DNA from: Eledone cirrhosa
Lineage: Eukaryota
Assembly (NCBI GenBank): GCA_964016885.1
Contig: OZ024742.1
Span: forward strand, 173,538,001 to 173,602,000
DNA: 64,000 nt
Direction: 5' to 3'
Shown here: piece by piece, positions 14,159 to 31,408 of the stretch
Layout: each line of letters begins with the position of its first letter
Position numbering within the stretch: position 1 is the stretch's first letter
Translations under genes and position numbers: made by a program
Notes under the pieces: generated by a model
What the model saw: the letters and a program-made list of their open reading frames with translations, nothing else
Database searches by the model: none
Told to the model about the DNA's origin: nothing

Positions 14159-14160
<2 letters not shown>
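13425..14160 (+). mobile_element. Tandem of about 415-bp monomers, each starting with a minimal HHR (retrozyme/pLTR-like family A)
   Basis: HHR cores at 13445 (ctgacaa, degenerate) and 13860 (CTGACGA t agct aata agct t GAAA CTAG TA catcg). Downstream sequence is duplicated. Confidence 0.75.
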
Positions 14161-14203
<43 letters not shown>

Positions 14204-14461
14204 GTATATATATATATGAATATAATTTCAGCGAGATTTGTATTTCGGCAGGATTGAAAACAAGCGAACATATAAATATATATATGAAAAGGGCCAGGAC
14301 CCAGACAACTTAGCTCCGGCTGTTTCTACAGCTAGAAAGAGAGAAATAGATAGATAGAGATAATAATATAGAAATGTCCTCTGCAGGACTAGAATTGTAT
14401 AATTCGTACTGGTATGTATTCAGTAACTTACTTAGTGGGATTACTCCCTCTTGAACTCGTG

Positions 14462-14631
<170 letters not shown>

Positions 14632-14751
14632 CAATTAATTCTTCTGCGACCAGTTCGAGGCACGATCGATGTGGTTATCAAACCTGACTCTGAAATCGCG
14701 CGGTCCTCGGATACGTCTTGGATCTACGAAGCAGATTTTCCAAGATATCTA

Positions 14752-15050
14752 TATAAACGGAAAAAATGAAACGAAATTTCATTTCCCGCTCTTAGTACGG
14801 CTGTTACTTAAATATAAGTATGTACACGTACATACATATATGTATACATACGTGAAGTGTGTGTATATACATAAATACATGCACACATATATATATGTAC
14901 GTATGGATTCACCGAACATTTATTATAATGCTCGGTGTGTTTGTAAACAAACATCCCGTACTAAGCCGTAGTGTCTAGCAACCATCGTTGCTCGTTTGTT
15001 CAACACTCGGTGAATCCATACGTACATATATATATATATATGTGTGCATG

Positions 15051-15086
<36 letters not shown>

Positions 15087-15135
15087 CTACTGTACGTCTG
15101 TATGCATATATGTACGTACGTGTACATACTTATAT
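14752..15135. mobile_element. Family A fragments in inverted arrangement
   Basis: 14752-15005 is the reverse complement of the 13900-14160 unit, and 15008-15135 is again in sense orientation. Confidence 0.75.
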
Positions 15136-15157
15136 ATATATATAAATACATATATAT

Positions 15158-15808
15158 GGTAAATATCTTTAAGTCGTTTGGAAGCCTTAACAATGCAAAT
15201 GGGTAAATCTCCGGGTAACAAGATCCGGTGGTGGAGAGAGATGTGAGTGCGTGTACGTTGAGATGCGTGGTGTGTATAAGACGTGTAGAAGAATGAAGTA
15301 AAGAGTATAAAGGATGAAATAAAAATAACAACACGAGAAAGAGTTACCTTGGGAGAGATGTAATTGTCCCTATATATTTCGGATTCACATCCATCAACCG
15401 GGGTTTTTTCCGGGGTGGGGGAATTGTTGTATGTCGGAAAGGTGCGAAACGCGTTCTCCGCTGTTTGTTGTTTTGAATATCGATATTGTTAACAACAAAC
15501 AGCGGAGGTCGCGTTTCGCACCTTTCCGACAGACAACCTTTCCCCCACCCCGGAAAAAAACCCCAGTTGATGGATGTGAATCCGAAATATATAGGGACAA
15601 TTAAATCTCTCCCAAGGTAACTCTCTCTTGTGTTGTTATTTTTATTTTATCCTTTATACTCTTTCCTTCATTCTTCTACACGTCTTATACACACCACGCA
15701 TCTCAACGTACAGCCACTTACGTCTCTCTCTCCACCACCGGATCTTGTTACCCGGAGATTTACCCATTTGCGTTGTCGAGGCTTCCAAACGACTTAAAGA
15801 TATTTACC
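15158..15808. repeat. 650-bp fold-back palindrome (centre 15481/15482) with degenerate HHR motifs
   Basis: Arms are reverse complements with scattered mismatches. ggat gtga atcc GAAA TATA TA ggga near 15572-15597 and GAAACGCGTT near 15446. Confidence 0.9.
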
Positions 15809-15842
15809 TGTTATTCCACAATGCTTCAAGCAAACTTCAATA

Positions 15843-15915
<73 letters not shown>

Positions 15916-17271
15916 ATATATTGTGTGCGCGTACGTATATGTATGTGATATGTTTATGTGTGTGTATGTGTGTTTATTATGTTGTTTGTATACTGTGAGG
16001 GAGGTGTTTGCCTGGAAGGCAGCAATGTAACAATTACAAGACTTGCGAAAGCAAGTAATGGGTACAATATGATCAACTAAATCCATTCGATGTGATGCCT
16101 CACTATGGCCGTAGTTTAATGATTAAGACCAGTAAATGAATAATAGAAATAAAACAGTTTTTTTAATGTATTCAATTGCTCGCATTATCACTCATTCTTT
16201 TATTATATCTTCCACTCAAACTTTACGTTTTTATGTCTTTCCTTCACTCCAATGTTCTCTTTTATCTATTTCTTTCTTTCTGTATATACTTCTCACCATC
16301 GGTGGCTTATTTATTCCTTCATTCTGTCATGCTTTTTTTATTTAAACAGGTTTTTTAAAGTATTTTCTGCATTTCTATTCTTCTAAAAATGTACATATTA
16401 AATTCCGGTCGCATCTCTCTCTCTCTTTCCTCTTGTATTTCCCCTTTTTTTTCTTCTGCTTACCTTCCTTTCATTCAATTTCCTCTCCCGTGTATCTTTT
16501 ATTTACTTATGTGTTTAATTCTCTAGCTGCAGTAGAAGATAATGTATGCTTCTGTGTGGTTTTCTTAAGCAGTCTCTTGACAACACTTTCAATAAACTTG
16601 ATGGTCTGTACAATTGCTACATTATCTAGGGACTATTTCTGCACAAGTCTACAGCAGGGAATTGCAAAAACATACCTACTTCTGTAAATGTACATGTTTA
16701 CTTTCTGTTCGTGCTATTTTTTCCGCACTGAGAAGAGTGACATAAATATACATATATATATATATATACAAGGTGTCCCCACAAAATGTATACTCACTTC
16801 AACAGCATTCTAATAAATATTCCCTGTACAGGTAATAAAAATGTGTACACATATATAAATTAAAACACACACATACATACATACGTATATATCACAAAGG
16901 GAAATAACGAGTAATACCGATAATATTTCGAGCTAAAAGAAAATTCATTATCAGCAAAAGAATACGTATCTCTTTAGCACTGAGATAATCCGAAAAATGG
17001 GTTTTAAATGTTAATCTTTATTTCATCATTATTATTATATATAGATCATATATAATATATATATGTGTGCATGTATATCCCCTATTATTTTCTCATTTCC
17101 CGGTTCTATCCTCTAATCACGCTTTACTTTCTATTTTATTTCTATTTTAAACACTATTTTCTGATGAAGGTCTATTGTACGAAATGTTAAGACTCTCATC
17201 CTGCTATGTCAAGAGTTAAACTAATATATCTCTTCCATGTGCATGTGCGCATGTTCTGTTAATTTTGTTCC

Positions 17272-17313
<42 letters not shown>

Positions 17314-17937
17314 CCACACCCACATCCCCACACATACACACACACACGGACACATACACACCCACACACACACATACACACACATACACATACACACACA
17401 CAAACAAACACACAAACACACATATATATATATATGTATAATAAATGTAATCTGAGTTTTTCGAATATTAATAATAATATTCGATTCGTTGGCAATTATG
17501 CAAACAGTCTCTTTAAACCCATATCAGTAGAATTTCTCCGTCATTCTTGCTCATGTGTTAATATTCGAAAAACCCAGATTACATTTAATGTATTCAGCCA
17601 TGTATATATATATATATATAACAGTTTTGCGCAATTTGCAGTATGCCAGAAAGGATCATAGGAATATTCATAAAATCCTTCACGTGTGCTGTACCTGTGC
17701 GTTTATTTTGCAATTAGTAAAACAGCCCTAGCTATTCTTCTCGTTTTTCTTTATCTGCTTTTAATTTATAGAATTATAGTGGTACTAACAAATTGTTTTA
17801 TTTATTTGTTTAGCCTAATTTGGTTGTTGTGTGTTGCCTTTTGATGTATTACATTGTTTCATTGTTTTAGTGTTTGATTTCCAGTATCGGTACGGGGGTC
17901 GAACCCCATGCATTGAAACATAGAGTTACGGCCCTAT

Positions 17938-18065
17938 ATGGTATGTGTTCAAATCCCACCGATGTTAATTTTGCCTTTCATCCTTACGGGGATCGATAAA
18001 ACAAAGTACCAGTAATGCACTGATATAATTGCTGACTTTTTGCAACAGTAGAAAGAATTATTTTC
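17938..18065 (+). mobile_element. tRNA-SINE fragment
   Basis: B-box gttcaaatcc followed by ttgcctttcatccttacggggatcgataaaacaaagtaccag. Confidence 0.7.
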
Positions 18066-18483
18066 AATACATGGATGACCGAAGAAAAAGCGCCGTCCTT
18101 GTTTACATGGTGAAATAACGCGAGTCATAAAGTGAAACAATTATGGATTTCCTTTGTTACATACTATAAGATGCTATCTATTTCATCAATATGGGTGATA
18201 TTTGTTTTCGCATAGTATTAAAATATTTGTTTTACGAAGCTAATTCATGTGTCGGCCTTAGACTATGGTACATAACACATACCCATATTCCCACGAAGTG
18301 CAGTAGGGCATGGAACTTGTTGATTGCGAAGTGTTTGTCCTAGATTTTCTTATTCAGTCAAGCTGTCACTAGAGTGAGAGCAGGAGAACGATAGAGAATT
18401 ATATACAGAGACAGATAAAAAGATAGGTAAATCTGTAGATAGATGTATATCTATATCTATCTATCTATCTATCGATCTATCTA

Positions 18484-18558
<75 letters not shown>

Positions 18559-18560
<2 letters not shown>

Positions 18561-19100
18561 GAAGACACGGAGAAAAAGACGATTGTTAGGAAGACAAATT
18601 TATTTTTTTCCTCTATTATTTCTTTCTCTCTTTTTTCTGTATTAGAAATTGATTGAAACGAAATATTTTACTTTGTGTGAAGTGTTAAGGTATTAGTTGA
18701 TTTATTTATTAATTAACACTGGCATTTATTTATTTATTTATACATTTAATAATTGTCTATTACCGGTTTCAGCATTTTTATGTATTATCAATTGGTGTAG
18801 AATGGTGGTGTTGGACATGTTAAAGAAATGGTGCCGAAAGAATAATGTTATTTACAAACAAGGTTTATGAAGTGAAAAGAAGAAAAAAAAAAAAAAAAAA
18901 GGGGCGTAATGTGGATCATAATACATATATAATTGCCATTGTTAATTAATAAATAAATCAACTAATAACTTAACACTTCATACAAAGTAAAATATTTCGT
19001 TTTAATCATTTTCTAACCTAGAAAAAGAGCGAAAGAAATAAAAAAGGAAAAAAATATATTTTTCTTCCTAATAATCGTCTTTTTCTCCCTGTTTTCATAT
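18559..19100. repeat. Older, diverged inverted repeat (about 170-bp arms) between (TA)n tracts
   Basis: 18559-18728 matches the reverse complement of 18930-19100 with many mismatches. GAAACCGGTA lies on the - strand in the spacer (18761-18770). Confidence 0.75.
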
Positions 19101-19138
19101 ATATATATATATTCTAACTCGTGTGTTTCCTCTCCACA

Positions 19139-19219
<81 letters not shown>

Positions 19220-19405
19220 GAAACAAGTACATCGTTCCTGTGTCAGTGTTGAACAAAAAGGTGACGTGGTTGCCTTAACACCATATGGCATAAATTCAGG
19301 CTGTTCAGTTTGTTTACAAACGAACAAAGCGGCGTTATGATAAGCGTCCGCTAAACTGATACGTGCATATATGTATGTGTACCTGTATGTATATATATAT
19401 GTATA

Positions 19406-19463
<58 letters not shown>

Positions 19464-19618
19464 TGCTACTGTACGTCTGTATACATATATGTATGTACGT
19501 ATACATACATACTTACATTTAAATAAGTGCCATACTGAGAGTGAGAAATGAAATTTCGTTTTCATTTTATTTCAACTTATCGTTTTCGGAATGAAATTTC
19601 GTTTTCATTTCATTTCAA

Positions 19619-19620
<2 letters not shown>
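19220..19620 (+). mobile_element. Family A copy truncated within the HHR
   Basis: Begins gaaacaagtacatcgttcctgtgtcagtg and matches 52923-53245. Confidence 0.75.
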
Positions 19621-19653
<33 letters not shown>

Positions 19654-19655
<2 letters not shown>

Positions 19656-22600
19656 CGAAGGAAATGTGGTAAGGAACCAGGTGGACCATAACGCACCAAA
19701 GTACTCTATACTTAGGGTAGTAGAGTGGGTAATAGGAACGAGTAGGACCCCGACGGCTGAGCTCAACCCGTTTCGACGGCTAGTTCTGGACTAAATGAAA
19801 TTGTTATCCTGGTATATGAATAGCCGAGCTTCTCAGGGGGTAATTCCATATATGGTAAAAGTGATTGTCACAAGGATTGGTCAAAGGTTTGTTGTTGAGA
19901 CACATAATTCTATCATGGCAATTTGTGGAAGGAAGGGGTAGCTGAACCTGCCACTAGAAGAAAGAGGGAGAGGGAGTGGAGGAAACCCAGTCGTGCGTTG
20001 ATAGTGCCAACTACAGCAAGGCAGGAGGTCAAGGAAGTATACTAGGGAGGGGGAGGGGGAGGTTGTCGAAACAATAAGTAAAACAGTATGGGGTAAATAT
20101 ATAAAAAAATACCAAGAAGGTTAAAAAAAACAAAAAAAAAACAAATAAAACAATTAAATATAAAAAAAAACAATTTCTGGTTACTATAAACTAAGGACAG
20201 CTATCAAGTCTCTCACTGGTACTGCTAGACTAAAGAAAGGTTTACTAGGTGGGACGGAATTATAATGAGACCGTTTTAAGAGGTATTAGTAATCAACCGA
20301 GTATATCTTACGATGACGGGTCAACAAGTGGGGGGGGGGGCACAGATACTAAAGAAACTACCATGAAATAATAATTCAGAGTCCCGAGACTAATACGAAA
20401 TAATGGTTTCTACCCTAGGCACAAGGCGAGCAACCACCCAGTGCAAAAAATAAGCTAATACGAAATAATAATTCAGAATCCCGAAAAAGAATACTAATGC
20501 TATCTGTAAGGGTGCCGCTACGATACAAAAATTCTAGTGCAAACTACATAAATGCTCGGACGAAGTATATGAAAAATTTGATACGTAAAATTAATTCATA
20601 ATCCCCCCCCCCAAAAAAAAAGTACTGATATACGAGAAATTAAAGCAAATATACCACTAAGAAATGTAGAAAGCACGGAAAAGGGGCAGCCATCGGATAA
20701 GAAGGCAAGTATCCGGGGTCTATCACATCTGCTATAAAAAGCAGAGTCGGCCAATTCTATTATAGAATAGGGGAAGGGGGTGGGGGTACTGAGGCTACAA
20801 AGGACCGAGGGGCTGCCTCGGGTGGGCGAGAATGTGAAAAGGACGACGACAAACAAAGAGGACTGGGGTGGAAGGACTAAGGAGGGATGGGGGAAGAAGG
20901 AAATATAGAGGAAGCGATAAACAGATATAAAAGATCTTACGTCTACCTTTGCAAGCAGGGGTTACCCATTACAAATTCGGCAAGTGGGGTCTTATAGCAC
21001 TTGTCTACCCCCCCCGCCCCACGCACACCCCGAGTCATTATGCGGTTTGATGGCGAGGTAAGTCCTACGCAATCTGTGTTTGCATGCAGTTACCAGTTCA
21101 TCTTTCTTGTTTAGGAGTTGGTCCGTCGAAATCAGCATTTGTAAAGTTTCCTCCGAGCATAAATTGCACGTACGGCGTCCTCCTGTGTAAGAGTTGGCTC
21201 TGAACAGTAAGCTCCAAGTGAGATCATAGGTGATATTGTTATCCTTGAGGTCCCAGATGTGGTCCGAAAGTGTAGTGGCCTGACACCGGGCCGGGTTTCG
21301 CAAGGTATGTCTGTGTTGGTATAGCCGGGTCTTGAAGTCACATGCGATTAATCCTATATAAGCTTTGTTGGAGGTGTCCGTCCTCACGTTGCACTGGTAG
21401 ATCACATTACGATCTCGGCATCTGTTGTTGAGGGGGCAAATGGATCCATCAGGACAGTTGCACCTCCTGGTCGGCCCTCCAATGCTATTTAGGTTATTTC
21501 TTCCATAGGGGTTGAGTGTTTTGTTGTTAGAGGAGACGATGTTTTGTGCAAAGTTTGGTGTGGTGCTGTAGGAGAGTTTGATGGTATTTTTGTTAATTAT
21601 GTTGTGGTAACGGTGTTGTAGTGGGAAGTGTTTTTCAATGAGCCTAAATAGGATTTTCCCGATAGGAGTTTTCACCGCGGTGTTGTGGGGAGGATTGAAC
21701 CATGTTGCATTGCGTGAGCCGCGGTGATGCCTGCTGGTTCCGCTAATGGAAGCTGGACAGTAGGATATTTCCTCCCGGAAACTACTCCGCTTGAGGGCCT
21801 GGTTGTAATAAGGCGCATATTCCTTGAATATCTGCTCATTAGCGGACAAACGAGATATGTGGAGGGAGATGTTTTTAAACAGGTTGTTGGTGATGTTCCT
21901 AGGATGGTTTAACCGGCGGCGTATGTAGTGCAGGTTGTCGTTGGGTTTCCTGTATGGGTAGTACAGATCATTATCGAGGTCAAGGGTAACGTCCAGGAAA
22001 CGTCGCGGAAGAAGCTGAGAAATTGTTTACGGACCCGGTTTGTACTACTGGGGTTGTATTCTTTAAGGGTAATGAGCCCATCATCACGGTACAATCCACC
22101 GCCGAATGCAGTAAACATATCGATGAGTTTAGCTAGTAGGAATAATCCTATAAAATCTGTGACCTCAGCCGAATCCGTCGCGCCCATGCTGACGTCGAAA
22201 GATGAGTCCGGAGCTCTCTTTATCCATTTGGAGTTGTCGAAGAGTAGGACTGTCTTCCTGGCGTGGAGGATGATGTTTCTTTCCTGGTCGGTGATGGGTG
22301 CAAGTGTTTCGGCGAAGTCCAAGGCAGCCGTAAGTAGCGGTAAGGTAATTGAAGCATAGTAACTCTCTATGTCAATCTGGATGAATTTAGTGTTTTGTTT
22401 GTCCTCCATATTGCTGAACCATGAGATTATTTCCTGGGTGTTGAGCCATAGGCTAAGTCTGGCGTGTTGCTTAACTTTTGGTATAACGCGGTCTAGGATT
22501 TTTTTGCTGATCCTCCCTATGTCGGACTTCGTTGGGTTTATAAGCCTGATAGAAGGTTTACGGTCGAAATCGGATTTGTGGTCCTTCAGTGTGAAGTAGG

Positions 22601-23428
22601 GTGTCCGTGGGACTAGGGGTTCCGTGCGGTCGGCGACCCCGAGGCTGGAGGTAATTTGTTGTCCATCTCGATTTATGTCCTCTATGCATGAGTGGTTAGC
22701 CTTTTTATAGGTGCTCCTGATCAGTGTGTGGTATATGTCGGGGTTGACAAAATAGAGGTTACCAGTTTTATCGGAGTGCACCATGATATCATTGGTGTTA
22801 TCATACTCTGTTAAGTTGCTACGGAGTTTTTGTAGGAATCGGTTGTGTCTGGGTTTGAATTTAATGTTCTTGACCAGTTGGAAAAGGTCATTCTCGAAGG
22901 GTGAGAGCATAGGGTTCGGAGGGGAGATTTGTAGGTAATAAATTCGAATCTCTCCTTGGTACCGAAGTCCTGATTGTCGCAATATCTGTCGTAGAAAAAA
23001 GTTCTCCATCTAAGTCTTTTCGCAAATAGATCGATTTTTTGTGTGAGCATCCGAAGGTAAAGTTTTTTCGGTGGGACTTATTGTTTCGACTTCCTCCCAC
23101 TCCCCCTCCCCCTCCCTAGTATACTTCCATGACCTCCTGCCTTGCTGTAGTTGGCACTATCAATGCAGGACTGGGTTTCCTCCACCCCCTCTCCCTCTTT
23201 TTTCTACTGGCAGGTTCAGCTACCCCTTCCTTCAACAAATTGCCATGGTAGAATTATGTGTCTCAACAACACACTTTTGACCAATACTTGTGACAATCAC
23301 TTTTACCATATATGTAATTACCCCCTGAGAAGCTCGGCTATTAATATACCAGCATAAACATTTCATTTAGTCCAGAGTTAGCCGTCGAAACGTGTTGAGC
23401 TCAGCCGTCGAAGTCCTACTCGTTCCTA
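19654..23428 (-). mobile_element. Naiad-type PLE (RT + GIY-YIG, frameshifted) with an inverted pLTR at its 5' end (23076-23428 vs 19731-20079)
   Basis: LRWRTFF, DKTGNLY, YFTLKDHK, RLINPTKSDIG, DIESYYASI, FDVSMGATDSAE and GLYRDDGL in 21909..23050. WFNPP, CNCPDGSICPL, VIYQC...YIG, CNLC and CKH in 20992..21849. (TA)n flanks. Confidence 0.92.
19748..19840 (-). ncRNA. Atypical hammerhead-like motif with a long stem II loop (mirror copy 23321-23413 on + strand)
   Basis: cccc-CTGAGAAG-ct cggcta...tagccg tc-GAAA-cgggttGAGCTCagccg-TC-gggg. Near-palindromic stem III and a GUC site; the core deviates from CUGANGA. Confidence 0.55.
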
Positions 23429-23442
23429 TATATATATATATG

Positions 23443-23558
<116 letters not shown>

Positions 23559-23580
23559 CTGAGAGAGAGAGAGAATGAGA

Positions 23581-28829
<5,249 letters not shown>

Positions 28830-30074
28830 TGATTATCTGCAATCACTGTTAACATTTTTCTCGCAAGAAATCAACTAATTTGTCAATCCAAAGTTATTTT
28901 AGAAGTCGCTCATGGTGCCACACAGTTGAACTAATCCCGAAAACACATGGTTCTTAGGAGAGATGCTTAACCACATAGCCATGCCTGACACAAGTATTAT
29001 TATTGATATCGCTGCAATCATGTATTTTTTACGTGTTATTAAACGTATGCGTTTCTAGGACACATATATTGAACAACACCAACACATTCAGCAACAGGTA
29101 GAATCTCACCTTCTGAAAATATACTGGTACAAAACAGAAAACAACGGCAATAAAAGAAATCAATAAACAAAAAGACTAAATGAACTTAAAAGTTGTCCAA
29201 TGCTGCATAAAGGCTGATATATATGTCAATCATACAGGCGATCGATGAATCGATTTGGTAATACCTTTATCCAGATTTCCCTTCTACCAAACAAAGGAAA
29301 TCTGATCAGAAAACAAAAACAAGTATTCTGTCACATAGAAAATACCCACGCCCAAAGTAAGAGAGGTTATTGGTTGACAATATTAAAAACAAGTCTAATA
29401 AGAATGAGTGTTACAAAGTTTTAGCTGCGACGGTTTATTGGAGAATGGGAAAGAATGGTAAAGCTGTTTACATCGCAATAAATATATCATGGGATTGATT
29501 CTACTGCTTGGCTGAAAATATCATTTGACTTCATCTCGCATTGGCCCATGTCTTGTAAATTATTTTGGGTAGACGGAAACATTCTAAGAGGTTGCCAGGT
29601 AGATGGTATGTATAATTCAAATGGCAGACTTGTCATACACTGTGCTAAGCTGAATATCACTGAGAATAAAATAAAAGATCCACGTGTCTGTGGAAAGCTC
29701 AGTTGATTGATCATGTAGCCCATTCAGCGTCGAAGCCGGCGGAGATTCATTCCACCGCGGAAATGATGGTTGTAATGCAAGGAATTTTAATGGTAACAGC
29801 ATTTATATCAAGAGAATTCATAAAGCTTTCTGAGAGGATAACAGAAGAAAGAAACGATAAGAGTCAATCGTCGTAACAAACCTCGGGGATTATGTCGACC
29901 TTAGTCACCGCACTGCTGAATATATTCCTATCGCAAATCCTAGCAGAAGTTTCACTTTCCTGTGACATGAGGCAGGAAATCAATTCAAAGTGTGCAGAAT
30001 CAGAACAGAAACCAAGAATCACCCAGTCTGACTTGTTTAAAATTTCACCATTCCACCTCCTCTTGACTGAGTAT

Positions 30075-30251
30075 AATTGTTTCTACTTTAGGCACAAGGC
30101 CAGTAATTACCCAGTGCATTGCTGGTACTTTATTTTATCGACCCCGTAAGGATGAAAGGCAAAGTCAACCTCGGCGGGATTTGAACTCAGATCGTAAAGG
30201 AACGTAACTATGCTGGAAAGCATGGCGTCCGACCCTCTACCGATACTGCCA
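30075..30251 (-). mobile_element. tRNA-derived SINE, near full length
   Basis: A-box-like tggcagtatcgg, B-box gttcaaatcc, and a body shared with at least five other copies in the window. Confidence 0.8.
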
Positions 30252-30926
30252 ACAGTTTCAGGAGTGTAGTTACTTGTACAGGACGTACAAAACTGCCACA
30301 TTGCAGAGTATCTGAACAGGAATGTGTGGTTGAATTAAAAAAAAACCTGCTTAATTAATAGCCTTTGTGCTTACCAAGAAAACACCAACTTCTATGCAGA
30401 CGAAACTGGCAGTTTGCTTAGAAAATCTTTTCTTAAATTCTACGAAAATTAAATGGAGTATCGGCAGAGTCTTTAGGACGCCGGATACAAAGGTGTGTGT
30501 TATTCAAACCGGCTATCATCGCTTTGCCTTTTATCCTATTAAGTTCGATAAAAAACCTCACTCCAGTAATAATTTCTATTCTATACCCCTTTCTCAATTC
30601 CCCTTTCTCAATTCCCCTCTCTCTTCTGGGTGGCATTGACTGTATTCACCTCTGGATATGAGGCGGGCTCCACTAGATTTAAACGGAAATGTTCAAGACA
30701 CGTCGTATGTCCCGATGGACTACTACGATTCCACGAAAAGATGCGAATCCATAAACACATATACATACATGTTGGCTGCATACTCTGCTAAGAGTATTGC
30801 AATTGCTTGTCAGATTACAGAAAATGGTGCACCTTTAGGCTACAGTCAGCCACACGAACCTGTAACATAGCTTAAACAAGCAATGCCTGTGCTTTGAAGG
30901 GTTTGTTTTAAAACCCATACGTACAT

Positions 30927-31017
30927 TTATACATACATACATACATACATACATGATGGCTGCCCCCTCGTTATCGAGTATGGCCATTGCACAATAAAAA
31001 AAAAAAAAAAAAAAAAA

Positions 31018-31065
<48 letters not shown>

Positions 31066-31244
31066 AATAAAAAAAAAAAAAAAAAAAAAAGATATATATA
31101 TATATATATATACACACACATATATACATATATATATATATACACATATATATACACACACACATACATACACATACATACATATATACACACACACATA
31201 CATACACATACACTCACACATATATACACACATACATTAATAAC

Positions 31245-31287
<43 letters not shown>

Positions 31288-31366
31288 GCAATAATAATAA
31301 TAACGACAACAACAATAATAATATACATATTCATATATATATACACACACACGCACGCACATAAGC

Positions 31367-31408
<42 letters not shown>

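Noticed and set aside
16769-16850. Tc1-like terminal sequence caaggtgtccccacaaaatgtata
   Set aside because: No clearly matching partner TIR or transposase.
16915-17195. CTGATGA/GAAA pairs (also at 56771 and 57857)
   Set aside because: Stems or the GAAA are too degenerate to call ribozymes; at most decayed pLTR remnants.
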